Shown here one piece after another: positions 46,324-56,652 of a stretch of DNA of 57,068 bases. The translations under genes and the position numbers were made by a program. Under the pieces are notes generated by a model, which saw only the letters and a program-made list of their open reading frames with translations, ran no database searches and had not been told where the DNA came from. Numbering within the stretch: position 1 is the stretch's first letter; every line of letters begins with the position of its first letter. Source of the stretch: Oscillospiraceae bacterium (lineage in GTDB: Bacteria; Bacillota; Clostridia; Oscillospirales; UBA929); assembly GCA_031549605.1 (NCBI GenBank), contig JAVBPM010000051.1, positions 1 through 57,068 on the forward strand, in the 5' to 3' direction.

Positions 46324-47136
46324 GTGAGTGATTTGAAAGTTTTAGCGACATGGAACCCGCTGTGGCTGGCGCTGCTGGCGGGGTTGTTTACTTGGGGCGT
46401 GACGGCGGCGGGTGCCGCCATGGTGTTTTTCTTTAAGCGGCTACGCGAGCGGCTGACCAACGCGATGCTTGGGTTTGCCGCCGGTGTGATGATTGCAGCT
46501 TCCTTTTGGTCGTTGCTGGCGCCGGCCATCGAGCGCAGCGAGCATATGGGACGGCTGGCTTTTTTACCGGCCTTGATTGGTTTCTTGGCTGGCGGCTTCT
46601 TTTTGTGGGCGCTGGACAAGTTGATTCCTCACTTACATATGGGTCCCGACTCGCAGGCCGAAGGTCGACCGTCGAAGGTGCCACGCCAGCTGCTGCTGGT
46701 GCTGGCCATTACCATGCACAACATTCCCGAGGGGCTGGCCGTCGGCGTGGCGTTTGGCGCAATTGCCAAGGGCGATACCGCGGCGCTGGTGTCGGCGCTG
46801 GTGCTGGCTATGGGCATTGGGCTGCAAAACTTTCCCGAGGGCGCGGCGGTGTCAATTCCCATGCGGACGGCGGGCTACAGCCGCCGCAAGAGCTTTATGT
46901 ACGGACAGCTGTCGGCGATTGTCGAGCCCATCTTTGCCGTCATCGGCGCGCTGCTGGTGACGGTTGTTACGCCCGTGCTGCCCTATGCGCTGGCGTTTGC
47001 CGCCGGAGCCATGATTTTTGTAGTGGTCGAGGAGTTGATTCCCGAGTCGCAGCTGGGCAAGGGCGCCGACCTGTCGGCCATCGGCACGATGTTGGGTTTT
47101 GCGCTGATGATGACGTTGGATGTCGCGCTGGGATAA
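46324..47136 (+). CDS. ZIP family metal transporter (ZupT/GufA-like)
   Basis: GFAAGVM.AASFWSLL.P, IPHLH, HNIPEGLAVG, QNFPEG, EELIPE, LDVALG. Confidence 0.92.
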   Translation: MSDLKVLATWNPLWLALLAGLFTWGVTAAGAAMVFFFKRLRERLTNAMLGFAAGVMIAASFWSLLAPAIERSEHMGRLAFLPALIGFLAGGFFLWALDKLIPHLHMGPDSQAEGRPSKVPRQLLLVLAITMHNIPEGLAVGVAFGAIAKGDTAALVSALVLAMGIGLQNFPEGAAVSIPMRTAGYSRRKSFMYGQLSAIVEPIFAVIGALLVTVVTPVLPYALAFAAGAMIFVVVEELIPESQLGKGADLSAIGTMLGFALMMTLDVALG

Positions 47137-47161
47137 AAAAGAAAGAAAAACCGAAAAAAGC

Positions 47162-47190
47162 TTGACAGGGCGCTCGTGTGGTTGTATACT
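47162..47190 (+). promoter_or_regulatory. S10 operon sigma-A promoter
   Basis: TTGACA-17 bp-TATACT with an upstream A-rich UP element. Confidence 0.85.
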
Positions 47191-47196
47191 ACTCGA

Positions 47197-47420
47197 GCGT
47201 CTCTCTATGGGAGAGGTATGTCCATGCCGTGAAAACGGCGTGGGAGCAGCGATCCGAGAGATTGCCGCTTGTCCTTGTCAGACTAGCGGGTAACTCGCGG
47301 GGAGCCAGCCCGAATATCGGGCGACACGACTGCCGACACCCGGCAGGTCACTGCCGGTTTTCATACCGCGCAGAGCGACACGCACGGGAGAGTGGCAGCG
47401 AAAGACAAGGAGGAAAAAAC
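47197..47420 (+). ncRNA. Long structured 5' leader of the S10 operon (candidate ribosomal protein leader)
   Basis: About 220-nt UTR with hairpins (GCCGTGAAAACGGC; CCGGCAG/CTGCCGG; GCCCGA/TCGGGC). Confidence 0.55.
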
Positions 47421-47735
47421 ATGAGCGCATCCAAGGACGTCATCCGCATCCGACTCAAAGCCTATGACCACCAGCTGGTCGACCAGTCGGCCGAGCGCAT
47501 TGTTGAAACGGCAAAGCGTTCCGGTGCAACGGTCAAGGGCCCCATTCCGCTGCCGACGCAGAAAGAGGTCATCACCATTCTGCGCGCTGTCCACAAATAC
47601 AAAGACAGCCGTGAGCAGTTTGAGCGCCGCACCCACAAGCGCATTGTTGACATCCACCGCCCGACGGCCAAGACCACCGAAGCGCTTCGCTCGCTGGACT
47701 TGCCGGCCGGTGTTGAGATTGAGATGAAGATCTAG
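47421..47735 (+). CDS. rpsJ: 30S ribosomal protein S10
   Basis: [28 protein letters not shown]; ATG after AGGAGG. Confidence 0.98.
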   Translation: MSASKDVIRIRLKAYDHQLVDQSAERIVETAKRSGATVKGPIPLPTQKEVITILRAVHKYKDSREQFERRTHKRIVDIHRPTAKTTEALRSLDLPAGVEIEMKI

Positions 47736-47939
47736 CTCGCACTCTACTAAAAAAGCGCACCCGCGCTTGGGACGGCAGTCTGCCCCGTGCAGATACGGCG
47801 TCTCGGCGCATCACCATATTCGCGTATCCCGCACTGCGGTCATGTTGGCGCATCGCGTCAACCAATAACCGGACATGACGCTTTGGAAACCGTTACTTTC
47901 CATCGGGTCCGCTGTCTGTAATCAGGAGGAAAACAAGCC

Positions 47940-48575
47940 ATGGAAAAAGCCATTATCGGCCGCAAGGTCGGTATGACGCAGATCTTTGACGAGACCGGCA
48001 AAGTCATCGGCGTCACCGTTATTGAAGCAGGGCCCTGCATTGTGACGCAGGTGAAAACCCTCGAGCGTGACGGCTACAGCGCCGTGCAGCTCGGCTTCCA
48101 GGAAGTCAAGGAGTCGAAGCTGAGCAAGGGCGAGCTGGGCCACTCCAAGAAAGCCGGCGTCGCGCCGCTTAAGCATCTGCGTGAGTTCAAGCTGGCCAAT
48201 GCCGAGAGCATGAAGGTCGGCGACACCGTTGCTGCCGACACCTTCGCCATCGGCGATCGCGTTGACGCCACGGGTACCAGCAAGGGTAAAGGTTACGCCG
48301 GTGTTATCAAGCGCCACGGCGCGCACCGCACACCGATGGCCCACGGCGGCGGCCCCGTCCACCGTCATCAGGGTTCTATGGGCGCCAACTCTGACCCCAG
48401 CCGCGTCTTTCCGGGCAAAATCATGCCGGGTCACATGGGCAGCGAGCAGGTCACGGTGCTTAACCTCGATGTCGTGCGTATTGACCCCGAGCTCAACCTC
48501 ATCGCCGTGCGCGGCGCCGTGCCCGGCCCCAAGGGTAGCCTGGTCACACTGCGCAACAGCGTCATCAATAAGTAG
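47940..48575 (+). CDS. rplC: 50S ribosomal protein L3
   Basis: GRKVGMTQIF, DGY.AVQLG, SKGKG, GAVPG. Confidence 0.98.
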   Translation: MEKAIIGRKVGMTQIFDETGKVIGVTVIEAGPCIVTQVKTLERDGYSAVQLGFQEVKESKLSKGELGHSKKAGVAPLKHLREFKLANAESMKVGDTVAADTFAIGDRVDATGTSKGKGYAGVIKRHGAHRTPMAHGGGPVHRHQGSMGANSDPSRVFPGKIMPGHMGSEQVTVLNLDVVRIDPELNLIAVRGAVPGPKGSLVTLRNSVINK

Positions 48576-48592
48576 AAAGGAGAGTCACCATC

Positions 48593-49219
48593 ATGCCGAA
48601 AGCTAAGATTTACGACATGACCGGCAAGGCCGTCGGAGACGTGGAGCTCTCCGAAGCTGTGTTTGGCATTGAGCCCAACGCCGCCGCTTTGCACAGCGTC
48701 ATTACCGCACATCTCAACAACAAGCGTCAAGGCACGCAGAGCACGCTGACCCGCGCCGAGGTTTCGGGCGGCGGCCGCAAGCCGTGGCGTCAGAAGGGCA
48801 CCGGCCGCGCCCGTCAGGGTTCGACCCGCAGCCCACAGTGGACACACGGTGGTATCGCGTTTGGCCCCAAGCCGCGCAGCTACCGCACCACCACCAACCG
48901 CAAGCTGCGTCGTTTGGCGCTCAAGAGTGCGCTGTCGATGCGCGCCAACGAAAACCAGATTATCGTCATCCGCGACCTCAATCTGGAGGAAATCAAGACC
49001 AAGTCGATTGTCACGTTGCTGCAGGCGCTGAACATCTCGGGCAAAGCGCTGATTGTCACCGACGAGCCGCGCGTCAACGTTTACAAGAGTGCCCGCAACA
49101 TCGCCGGTGTCAACGCCACGTTTAGTGGCGTGCTCAACGTCTATGACGTGATGAACGGCACGACGCTGCTGCTGGACGAGCAGGCCTTGAAAAATATCGA
49201 GGAGGGCTACGCTCAATGA
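48593..49219 (+). CDS. rplD: 50S ribosomal protein L4
   Basis: RQGT, GGGRKPWRQKGTGRARQGS. Confidence 0.98.
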   Translation: MPKAKIYDMTGKAVGDVELSEAVFGIEPNAAALHSVITAHLNNKRQGTQSTLTRAEVSGGGRKPWRQKGTGRARQGSTRSPQWTHGGIAFGPKPRSYRTTTNRKLRRLALKSALSMRANENQIIVIRDLNLEEIKTKSIVTLLQALNISGKALIVTDEPRVNVYKSARNIAGVNATFSGVLNVYDVMNGTTLLLDEQALKNIEEGYAQ

Positions 49220-49509
49220 AAAACAGCTATGACGTCATCCTCGCGCCCGTCATCACCGAGCAGGCGATGAGCGAAGTGGCCGCGAAAAAGTACGTGTTCA
49301 AAGTCGCGCGCGATGCCAACAAGATTGAAATCAAGCGTGCCGTCGAGGAAATCTTCGGCGTCGACGTGCTCAGTGTCAACACGCTGAACATGCAGGGCAA
49401 AGAGAAACGCCAGGGCGCCCACATCGGCCGCCGCAGCGCGTGGAAAAAAGCCATTATCCGTTTGCAGCCGACCTCGAAGACCATTGAGTTCTTCGAAGGC
49501 ATGGTGTAA
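49216..49509 (+). CDS. rplW: 50S ribosomal protein L23
   Basis: P.ITE, ANKIEIK.AVE.IF.V, WKKAI. Confidence 0.97.
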   Translation: MKNSYDVILAPVITEQAMSEVAAKKYVFKVARDANKIEIKRAVEEIFGVDVLSVNTLNMQGKEKRQGAHIGRRSAWKKAIIRLQPTSKTIEFFEGMV

Positions 49510-49525
49510 GGAGGGTTTGTGAGTT

Positions 49526-50359
49526 ATGGCAGTAAAAACATATAAGCCGACTACGCCCTCGCGTCGTCACATGACAAGCAACAGCTTTGAGGGTCTGGAC
49601 AAGAAACGCCCCGAAAAAGCGTTGACCGAGGTGCTTAAAAAGAGCGGCGGCCGCAACAGCTATGGCCGCATCACCGTTCGCCACCACGGCGGTGGCGAAA
49701 AGCGCAAATATCGTATCATCGACTTCAAGCGCAACAAGCTGGATGTCGGCGGTAAGGTCATCGCGCTGGAGTACGATCCCAACCGCAGCGCCAACATCGC
49801 GCTGCTGGAGTATGAAGATGGCGTTCGCGTCTACATTCTGGCTCCGGTCGGCTTGACGCAGGGTGACGTGGTTTACTCGGGCGCCGGCGCCGACATTAAG
49901 CCGGGCAACTGCCTGCCGATTGCCAACATCCCGCTGGGTACGTTTATCCACAACGTGGAGCTGTATCCGGGCAAGGGCGGTCAGCTGGTGCGAAGCGCCG
50001 GTAACGCCGCGCAGCTGATGGCCAAGGAAAACGGCATGGCGCAGGTGCGTTTGCCGTCGGGCGAGGTGCGTATTGTGCCGCTCAACTGCAAGGCCAGCAT
50101 CGGACAGGTCGGCAACATCGAGCATGAGAACATCCACATCGGTAAGGCTGGCCGCAAGCGTCACATGGGCGTGCGTCCCACCGTTCGCGGCTCGGTTATG
50201 AACCCCTGTGACCACCCGCACGGCGGCGGCGAAGGCCGCAGCCCGATCGGTCGTCCGGGTCCGGTTACCCCGTGGGGCAAGCCGACACTGGGCTACAAGA
50301 CGCGCAAGACGCGCAACAAGACCGATAAGTTCATTGTCAAGCGTCGCAACGCCAAGTAA
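49526..50359 (+). CDS. rplB: 50S ribosomal protein L2
   Basis: [32 protein letters not shown]. Confidence 0.99.
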   Translation: MAVKTYKPTTPSRRHMTSNSFEGLDKKRPEKALTEVLKKSGGRNSYGRITVRHHGGGEKRKYRIIDFKRNKLDVGGKVIALEYDPNRSANIALLEYEDGVRVYILAPVGLTQGDVVYSGAGADIKPGNCLPIANIPLGTFIHNVELYPGKGGQLVRSAGNAAQLMAKENGMAQVRLPSGEVRIVPLNCKASIGQVGNIEHENIHIGKAGRKRHMGVRPTVRGSVMNPCDHPHGGGEGRSPIGRPGPVTPWGKPTLGYKTRKTRNKTDKFIVKRRNAK

Positions 50360-50376
50360 GAAAGGAGTACGGGAAC

Positions 50377-50652
50377 ATGAGCAGAAGTATTAAAAAGGGT
50401 CCCTTCGCTGCCCCGCATCTCCTGAAAAAGGTCGATGTGATGAACAAGGCGGGCGAAAAGAAAGCCATAAAAACATGGTCGCGTGCCAGCACCATTTTCC
50501 CGCAGTTTGTGGGACACACCTTTGCCGTGCATGACGGTCGCAAGCACGTGCCGGTCTATGTGACCGAGGATATGGTCGGCCACAAGCTGGGCGAGTTTGC
50601 TCCGACGCGTACCTTCCGCGGTCACGCCGGTTCAAAGTCGTCGGGCAGGTAG
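50377..50652 (+). CDS. rpsS: 30S ribosomal protein S19
   Basis: [23 protein letters not shown]. Confidence 0.98.
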   Translation: MSRSIKKGPFAAPHLLKKVDVMNKAGEKKAIKTWSRASTIFPQFVGHTFAVHDGRKHVPVYVTEDMVGHKLGEFAPTRTFRGHAGSKSSGR

Positions 50653-50665
50653 GAGGTAGAGTGTA

Positions 50666-51001
50666 ATGGAAGCTAAAGCTCATCTGCGCTACTGCCGTAT
50701 CTCGCCCCGGAAGGTGTCGATTATCTGTGACATCATTCGCGGTAAGGATACCAAGCAGGCGATTGCCATTTTGAAGCACACGCCCAAGGCGGGCTGCGAG
50801 CCGCTGCTCAAGCTGCTCAACAGTGCCATTGCCAACGCGGAAAACAACCACAACATGAGCGCTGACAACCTGTATGTTAGCCAGGTGTTTGCCAATCCCG
50901 GTCCGATACTCAAGCGCATTATGCCGCGCGCGCAAGGCCGGGCGTTCCGCATCAACAAACGCAGCTGCCACATCACTGTGGCGGTCAGCGAAAAAGCGTA
51001 A
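50666..51001 (+). CDS. rplV: 50S ribosomal protein L22
   Basis: [21 protein letters not shown]. Confidence 0.98.
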   Translation: MEAKAHLRYCRISPRKVSIICDIIRGKDTKQAIAILKHTPKAGCEPLLKLLNSAIANAENNHNMSADNLYVSQVFANPGPILKRIMPRAQGRAFRINKRSCHITVAVSEKA

Positions 51002-51015
51002 GGGGAGGCTTGCAC

Positions 51016-52023
51016 ATGGGTCAGAAAGTTAATCCGCACGGTCTGCGTGTCGGCGTCATCAAAGGATGGGACTCCCGTTGGTACGCTGCCAACAAGAATG
51101 TCGGCGACCTGCTGGTCGAGGACTACAAAATTCGCGAATACCTGAAGAAAACGCTGTTCAATGCCGGCGTACCGCGCATCGAAATTGAGCGTGAGAGCGT
51201 TAAGGTGCGCATCTTTGTGCACTGCGCGCGTGTCGGCGTTGTCGTCGGCCGTGGCGGTCAGGACATTGAAGTGCTGCGCGCCAAGCTGGAGAAAATGATC
51301 AACAAGCCGGTTGACCTCAAGATTGTTGAGATTAAGCAGCCGGAAATGAACGCTCAGCTGGTGGCCGAGAGCATCGCCGCTCAGCTGGAGAAGCGCATCT
51401 CCTTCCGCCGCGCCATGAAGTTTGCCATGGGCAAGACCATGCGTCTGGGCGCGAAGGGCATCAAGACGATGTGCAGTGGTCGTCTCGGCGGCGCTGAAAT
51501 TGCGCGTACCGAGCACTACCACGAAGGCACCATTCCTCTGCAGACGTTGCGCGCCGACATCGACTATGGCTTCTGGGAAGCCAAGACGACCTACGGCCGC
51601 ATTGGCGTAAAGGTTTGGATTTACAAAGGCGAAGTGCTGACCATGGGCAACCGCATGGGTCCGCGTGTCATCGAAGCGCCGCGTCCGCGTGACGAGCGCC
51701 GCCGTGATCGCGACGACCGCCGTGGCGGTGGCTTTAACAAGGGTCCGCGCCGCGACGACCGTGGCCCGCGCCGTGACGGCCCGGGTGGCGGCTTTGGCAA
51801 TCGCCCGCAAGGCGGCGGTGGCTTCGGCAATCGTCCGCAGGGTCCGGGTACCGGTTTTGGTAACCGTCCGCAGGGTGGCGGCTTTGGCAATCGCACGCAA
51901 GGCCCCGGCACCGGCTTTGGCAACCGTCCGCAGGGCGGCTTCAGCCCGCGTCCGGCCGCGCCTCGTCCCGCTGCTCCCGCCGCGCCCGCGACACCAGCTC
52001 CTAAGGAAGGAGGCAACGACTAA
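51016..52023 (+). CDS. rpsC: 30S ribosomal protein S3 with a long C-terminal low-complexity tail
   Basis: [32 protein letters not shown]. Confidence 0.98.
   Translation: MGQKVNPHGLRVGVIKGWDSRWYAANKNVGDLLVEDYKIREYLKKTLFNAGVPRIEIERESVKVRIFVHCARVGVVVGRGGQDIEVLRAKLEKMINKPVDLKIVEIKQPEMNAQLVAESIAAQLEKRISFRRAMKFAMGKTMRLGAKGIKTMCSGRLGGAEIARTEHYHEGTIPLQTLRADIDYGFWEAKTTYGRIGVKVWIYKGEVLTMGNRMGPRVIEAPRPRDERRRDRDDRRGGGFNKGPRRDDRGPRRDGPGGGFGNRPQGGGGFGNRPQGPGTGFGNRPQGGGFGNRTQGPGTGFGNRPQGGFSPRPAAPRPAAPAAPATPAPKEGGND
51784..51940 (+). repeat. Five GFGNR(P/T)QG peptide repeats in the rpsC tail
   Basis: Degenerate 27-33 bp tandem units with synonymous variation. Confidence 0.85.
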
Positions 52024-52025
52024 CC

Positions 52026-52460
52026 ATGTTGATGCCTAAGAGAGTCAAGTATCGCCGTCAGCAGCGCGGTCGCCTTACAGGTAAGGCCACGCGCGGCAAC
52101 ACGGTGTGCTATGGCGAGTACGGTTTGATGACCACCGAGCCGGGCTGGATTACCAGCAACCAGATCGAGGCCGCCCGTATCGCCATGACCCGTTACGTCA
52201 AGCGTACCGGTAAAGTTTGGATTAAGATTTTCCCGCACAAGCCGGTGACACAGAAGCCTGCCGAGACCCGAATGGGTTCCGGTAAGGGCTCGCCGGAGTA
52301 CTGGGTGGCTGTTGTCAAGCCGGGCCGTATCATGTTTGAGATGGCCGGCGTGCCGGTTGACGTGGCCCGTGAGGCCATGCGTCTGGCGTCGCACAAGCTG
52401 CCTGTCAAGTGCAAATTCGTTGTCAGAGAGCAAGCAGAGACTGGCGGTGAGCAGGCATGA
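52026..52460 (+). CDS. rplP: 50S ribosomal protein L16
   Basis: [17 protein letters not shown]. Confidence 0.98.
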   Translation: MLMPKRVKYRRQQRGRLTGKATRGNTVCYGEYGLMTTEPGWITSNQIEAARIAMTRYVKRTGKVWIKIFPHKPVTQKPAETRMGSGKGSPEYWVAVVKPGRIMFEMAGVPVDVAREAMRLASHKLPVKCKFVVREQAETGGEQA

Positions 52461-52660
52461 AAGCTGTTGATTTGAGAAGTCTGTCGGGAGCGGAGCTGTC
52501 CAACAAGCTGTCCGACCTGAAAAAGGACCTGTTCCAGCTGCGTATGCAGCACGCCACCAACCAGCTTGACAACCCGCTGAAAATTAATGCCGTCAAGCAT
52601 GACATCGCCCGCGTTAAGACCGTGATCCGCGAAATCGAACTGAAAGGCCAGGAGGGTTAA
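52457..52660 (+). CDS. rpmC: 50S ribosomal protein L29
   Basis: LF.LR.Q.AT.QL.NP, IAR.KT. Confidence 0.96.
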   Translation: MKAVDLRSLSGAELSNKLSDLKKDLFQLRMQHATNQLDNPLKINAVKHDIARVKTVIREIELKGQEG

Positions 52661-52663
52661 GCT

Positions 52664-52927
52664 ATGAGCGAAACAACAAGAGCTTTTCGCAAGACCATGA
52701 CCGGCCTTGTGGTCAGCAACAAGATGGACAAAACCATTGTCGTGGCCATTCAGGACCGCGTGAAGCACCCGATGTACAACAAGTACATCAAGCGCACCTA
52801 TAAGCTTAAAGCCCACGATGAGCAGAACCAGTGTGACATCGGCGACAAGGTCAAGGTCATGGAGACCCGCCCGCTGTCCAAGGACAAGCGCTGGAGATTG
52901 CTCGAAATCGTGGAAAAAGTGAAATAA
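52664..52927 (+). CDS. rpsQ: 30S ribosomal protein S17
   Basis: G.VVS.KMDKT, AHDE, ETRPLSK.KRW. Confidence 0.98.
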   Translation: MSETTRAFRKTMTGLVVSNKMDKTIVVAIQDRVKHPMYNKYIKRTYKLKAHDEQNQCDIGDKVKVMETRPLSKDKRWRLLEIVEKVK

Positions 52928-52956
52928 AGCTGGGTATTGTAAGGAGGAACTGAAAC

Positions 52957-53325
52957 ATGATTCAACAGGAATCTACGCTCAGAGTCGCCGACAATACCGG
53001 CGCCAAAGAGTTGAAATGCATTCGCGTGCTCGGCGGTTCCGGCCGCAAGTACGGCAGCATCGGTGATGTTATCGTCTGCAGTGTTCGCCGTGCCGCTCCC
53101 GGCGGTGTGGTGAAAAAGGGCGAGGTTGTCAAGGCCGTGATTGTGCGCACCGTCAAGGGCGTCCACCGCGCCGACGGCAGCTATGTCCGCTTCGATGAAA
53201 ACGCCGCCGTCATCATCAAGGACGATCAGAACCCGCGCGGCACGCGTATCTTTGGCCCGGTGGCCAGAGAATTGCGTGACAAGGATTACATGAAGATCCT
53301 GTCGCTCGCGCCTGAAGTCATTTAG
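52957..53325 (+). CDS. rplN: 50S ribosomal protein L14
   Basis: [26 protein letters not shown]. Confidence 0.98.
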   Translation: MIQQESTLRVADNTGAKELKCIRVLGGSGRKYGSIGDVIVCSVRRAAPGGVVKKGEVVKAVIVRTVKGVHRADGSYVRFDENAAVIIKDDQNPRGTRIFGPVARELRDKDYMKILSLAPEVI

Positions 53326-53348
53326 CCGAGAGTTGAGGGAATTAGAGT

Positions 53349-53657
53349 ATGAAGATTAAAAAGAACGATACCGTTGTCGTGCTCTCCGGCAAAAGCAAGG
53401 GCGTTAAGGGCAAGGTGCTGGAAACGGTGCCGACCAAGGACATGGTCGTGGTTGAGAAGGTCAACATCGTGACCCGCCACACCAAGCCGCGTCGCCAGGG
53501 CGATGCCGGCGGGCTGCTGAAAAAAGAAGCGCCCATCTACGCCTGCAAGGTCATGTGCATCTGCCCCAAGTGCGGGCAGGCGACACGGATCGGAGCCGCC
53601 TTTGACAAAGAGGGCAACAAATCCCGCATTTGCAAAAAATGCAAAGAAATGATGTAA
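53349..53657 (+). CDS. rplX: 50S ribosomal protein L24
   Basis: IKK.D.V.V.SGK.KG KOW motif, KEAPI. Confidence 0.97.
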   Translation: MKIKKNDTVVVLSGKSKGVKGKVLETVPTKDMVVVEKVNIVTRHTKPRRQGDAGGLLKKEAPIYACKVMCICPKCGQATRIGAAFDKEGNKSRICKKCKEMM

Positions 53658-53672
53658 GGAGGGGATGACATT

Positions 53673-54212
53673 ATGGCTCGTTTGAAGGATATTTACAACG
53701 CCGAAGTGGCTCCCCAAATGATGAAGAAGTTCAGCTATAAAAGCGTTATGCAAATTCCCAAGCTGGACAAGATTATCATCAATGTCGGTTGCGGCGACGC
53801 CCGCGACAACGCCAAGATTTTGGACGCGGTGGTCGGCGATATTTCGACCATTACCGGCCAGAAGGCGGTCGTTACCCGCGCCAAAAAGTCGGTTGCAAAC
53901 TTCAAGGTGCGTCTCGGTATGCCGGTTGGCGTCAAGGTGACGCTGCGCGGCGCTCGTATGTGGGAGTTTTTAGACCGTTTGTTTAACGTGGCGCTGCCCC
54001 GTGTCCGCGACTTCCGCGGCATTAACGGCAACGCGTTCGACGGCCGTGGCAACTACGCGCTGGGCATTAAGGAGCAGCTGATTTTCCCCGAAATCGACTA
54101 CGATAAGATCGACAAGATCCGTGGTATGGACATCGTCATCTGCACCACCGCGCAGAACGACGAAGAGGGTCGCGAGCTGCTGTCGCTGCTTGGCGCGCCG
54201 TTCAAGGCTTAG
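53673..54212 (+). CDS. rplE: 50S ribosomal protein L5
   Basis: [27 protein letters not shown]. Confidence 0.98.
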   Translation: MARLKDIYNAEVAPQMMKKFSYKSVMQIPKLDKIIINVGCGDARDNAKILDAVVGDISTITGQKAVVTRAKKSVANFKVRLGMPVGVKVTLRGARMWEFLDRLFNVALPRVRDFRGINGNAFDGRGNYALGIKEQLIFPEIDYDKIDKIRGMDIVICTTAQNDEEGRELLSLLGAPFKA

Positions 54213-54226
54213 GGAGGAGAGGCAAC

Positions 54227-54412
54227 ATGGCTAAGAAATCAATGATTCTCAAGCAGCAGAAACCGGCGAAGTTTTCCACCCGCGCCTACACACGCTGCAA
54301 AATCTGCGGTCGCCCGCACTCGTGCCTGCGCGATTTCGGCGTTTGCCGTATTTGTTTCCGCGAGCTGGCCTACAAGGGCCAGATTCCCGGCGTTCGTAAG
54401 GCCAGCTGGTAA
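54227..54412 (+). CDS. rpsZ: 30S ribosomal protein S14 type Z (zinc-binding)
   Basis: 61 aa, RC.ICGR...CRICFRE, GV.KASW. Confidence 0.97.
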   Translation: MAKKSMILKQQKPAKFSTRAYTRCKICGRPHSCLRDFGVCRICFRELAYKGQIPGVRKASW

Positions 54413-54443
54413 GACCTGCAACTTGACCCCGCGATTCAACGCA

Positions 54444-54521
54444 AGCGGACAAGAGTGTCGACTGTGCCATACCCACGGCATACTCCTGCTGTGAGATTGG
54501 GGCCGACGCTGACTATCCGCT
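54444..54521 (+). promoter_or_regulatory. Structured intergenic RNA upstream of rpsH (candidate S8-binding site)
   Basis: AGCGGA/TCCGCT and AGTGTCG/CGACGCT stems flanking an AAG/GACT internal loop. Confidence 0.45.
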
Positions 54522-54541
54522 GACGACAAGGAGGAAAAATT

Positions 54542-54940
54542 ATGCACGTTACCGATCCCGTCGCCGACATGCTGACGCGCATTCGCAACGCGAGTGCCGC
54601 CCGCCACGAAACGGTTGACATCCCTGCCAGCAAATTCAAGAAGGCCATTGCCGACATTTTGCTGCAGGAAGGCTATATCAAGAACATTCAGAGCATCGCC
54701 GACAGCGGCCAGGGCATCCTGCGCGTCACGCTGAAGTACGATGCCGCCAACGAGCGCGCCATTACCGGTATTAAGCGCGTTTCAAAGCCGGGCCTTCGTG
54801 TTTACGTCGGCGCCGAGGAAATGCCCAAGGTGCTCCGCGGTTTGGGCATTGCCATTGTCTCCACTTCGAAGGGTATCATGACAGACAAGAAAGCACGCGC
54901 CGACCATGTGGGCGGCGAAGTGCTGGCTTTTGTCTGGTAA
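54542..54940 (+). CDS. rpsH: 30S ribosomal protein S8
   Basis: [29 protein letters not shown]. Confidence 0.98.
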   Translation: MHVTDPVADMLTRIRNASAARHETVDIPASKFKKAIADILLQEGYIKNIQSIADSGQGILRVTLKYDAANERAITGIKRVSKPGLRVYVGAEEMPKVLRGLGIAIVSTSKGIMTDKKARADHVGGEVLAFVW

Positions 54941-54953
54941 GGGGGCGGAACAG

Positions 54954-55502
54954 ATGTCGAGAATTGGACGTAAGGAAATTACCGTTCCCGCCGGTGTCAC
55001 CGTCACGGTTGCCGAAGGCAACGAGGTCACTGTCAAGGGTCCCAAGGGTACGCTGGTGCAGAAGCTGCACGGCAACATGGAAATCAAACAGGACGGCAAC
55101 GTGCTTACCGTTGTCCGCCCCAACGACAACAAGGAAAACCGCAGTCTGCACGGTCTGACCCGCACACTGCTGAGCAACATGGTTGTCGGCGTGACCGACA
55201 CATTTACCAAAGAGCTGGATGTCATTGGTGTCGGCTACCGCGTGCAGCTGCAGGGCAAGGATCTTAACATGAACCTGGGCTACTCGCATCCGGTCAATAT
55301 GACCCCGCCCGAGGGGATTACCGTTGAGTGCCCCAACGCCAACCGCATCGTCATTCGCGGCTGCGACAAACAGAAAGTTGGACAGTTTGCCGCTGAAGTG
55401 CGCGAGAAGCGTCCGCCCGAACCCTATCTGGGCAAAGGCGTGAAGTATGTCAACGAAGTCATCCGCCGCAAAGAAGGCAAAGCCGGCGGCAAGAAAAAGT
55501 AG
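54954..55502 (+). CDS. rplF: 50S ribosomal protein L6
   Basis: MSRIG, VKGPKG, GVGYR, PEPY.GKG. Confidence 0.98.
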   Translation: MSRIGRKEITVPAGVTVTVAEGNEVTVKGPKGTLVQKLHGNMEIKQDGNVLTVVRPNDNKENRSLHGLTRTLLSNMVVGVTDTFTKELDVIGVGYRVQLQGKDLNMNLGYSHPVNMTPPEGITVECPNANRIVIRGCDKQKVGQFAAEVREKRPPEPYLGKGVKYVNEVIRRKEGKAGGKKK

Positions 55503-55515
55503 GAGGTGAGACACC

Positions 55516-55875
55516 ATGGTTAAACGTCCCAACACGGAAAAGCAGCGTCAGTTGCGTCATAAGCGCGTTCGCGGCAAAATCTCGGGCACGACCGAGTGTC
55601 CTCGCCTGAGCGTGTACCGCAGCAACCTGCACATCTACGTTCAGCTGATTGACGATGTCAAGCAGGTGACACTGGCTTCTGCCTCGAGCAACGACAAGGG
55701 CTTTAGCGCCAACGGTGGCAACAAAGAGGGCGCTCGCGCCGTCGGTAAGGCCATTGGCGAAAAGGCCAAGAAGCTCAAAATTAAACAAGTGGTTTTCGAC
55801 CGTGGCGGCTACCTGTATCACGGACGTGTGCAGGAATTGGCCGAAGGCGCGCGCGAAGCCGGCCTTGAATTCTAA
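55516..55875 (+). CDS. rplR: 50S ribosomal protein L18
   Basis: [28 protein letters not shown]. Confidence 0.98.
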   Translation: MVKRPNTEKQRQLRHKRVRGKISGTTECPRLSVYRSNLHIYVQLIDDVKQVTLASASSNDKGFSANGGNKEGARAVGKAIGEKAKKLKIKQVVFDRGGYLYHGRVQELAEGAREAGLEF

Positions 55876-55893
55876 AGGAGGAGGACGAAACGT

Positions 55894-56403
55894 ATGGCTA
55901 TGCAAAAAGACCGCACTGACCCCACGTCCGACCTGAAGGAAAAGGTCGTTGCCCTCAACCGCGTCAGCAAGACGGTTAAGGGCGGTCGCGTAATGAAGTT
56001 TTCGGCGCTGGTCGTGGTCGGCAACGGCAACGGCAAGGTGGGCTTTGGCCTCGGCAAAGCGGCTGAAGTACCCGACGCCATTCGCAAGGGCATTGAAGAT
56101 GCCAAGAAGAAAATGGTGGAGATTCCCCGCAAGGGCACGACCATTCACCACGAAGTGCTGGGTTGCTTCGGCGCCGGCAAGGTGCTGCTGAAACCGGCCG
56201 CTCCGGGTACCGGCTGTATTGCCGGCGGTCCGGTTCGTGCCGTGCTGGAGGCGGCGGGTATCGTTGATGTGCGTACAAAGTCGTTGCGCAGCAACAATCC
56301 GCAGAACGTCGTCAGCGCCACCATGGTCGCACTTAAGATGCTCAAGACGCCGCAGCAGGTTGCCAAGACGCGCGGCATGTCTGTGGCCGAAGTGCTGAAG
56401 TAA
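55894..56403 (+). CDS. rpsE: 30S ribosomal protein S5
   Basis: RV.KTVKGGR, GKA.EVP.AI, AGG.VRAVLE. Confidence 0.98.
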   Translation: MAMQKDRTDPTSDLKEKVVALNRVSKTVKGGRVMKFSALVVVGNGNGKVGFGLGKAAEVPDAIRKGIEDAKKKMVEIPRKGTTIHHEVLGCFGAGKVLLKPAAPGTGCIAGGPVRAVLEAAGIVDVRTKSLRSNNPQNVVSATMVALKMLKTPQQVAKTRGMSVAEVLK

Positions 56404-56415
56404 GGAGGCTGCCAC

Positions 56416-56652
56416 ATGACGATTAAGTTAATTAAAAGCCTGAATGGCCGTCACAAAAAGCACATTGCCACGGCGCACTCGCTGGGACTCAAGCGTATCG
56501 GAGATACGACCGAGCAGCCCGACAACGTGCAGACCAAGGGCAAAGTGGCTCAGATTTGCTATTTGATTACCGTGACCGAGACCGCCAAGCCTGCGGCCAA
56601 GCCCAAAGCCAAGGCGGCTCCCAAAGCTAAGAAAGAGGAGGCGACGCAATAA
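56416..56652 (+). CDS. rpmD: 50S ribosomal protein L30 with an Ala/Lys-rich tail
   Basis: I.L.KS..G, T..SLGL..I; located between rpsE and rplO. Confidence 0.93.
   Translation: MTIKLIKSLNGRHKKHIATAHSLGLKRIGDTTEQPDNVQTKGKVAQICYLITVTETAKPAAKPKAKAAPKAKKEEATQ

Noticed and set aside
53553-53645. CxxC pairs in L24 as a novelty
   Set aside because: Cys-containing L24 is common in Clostridia
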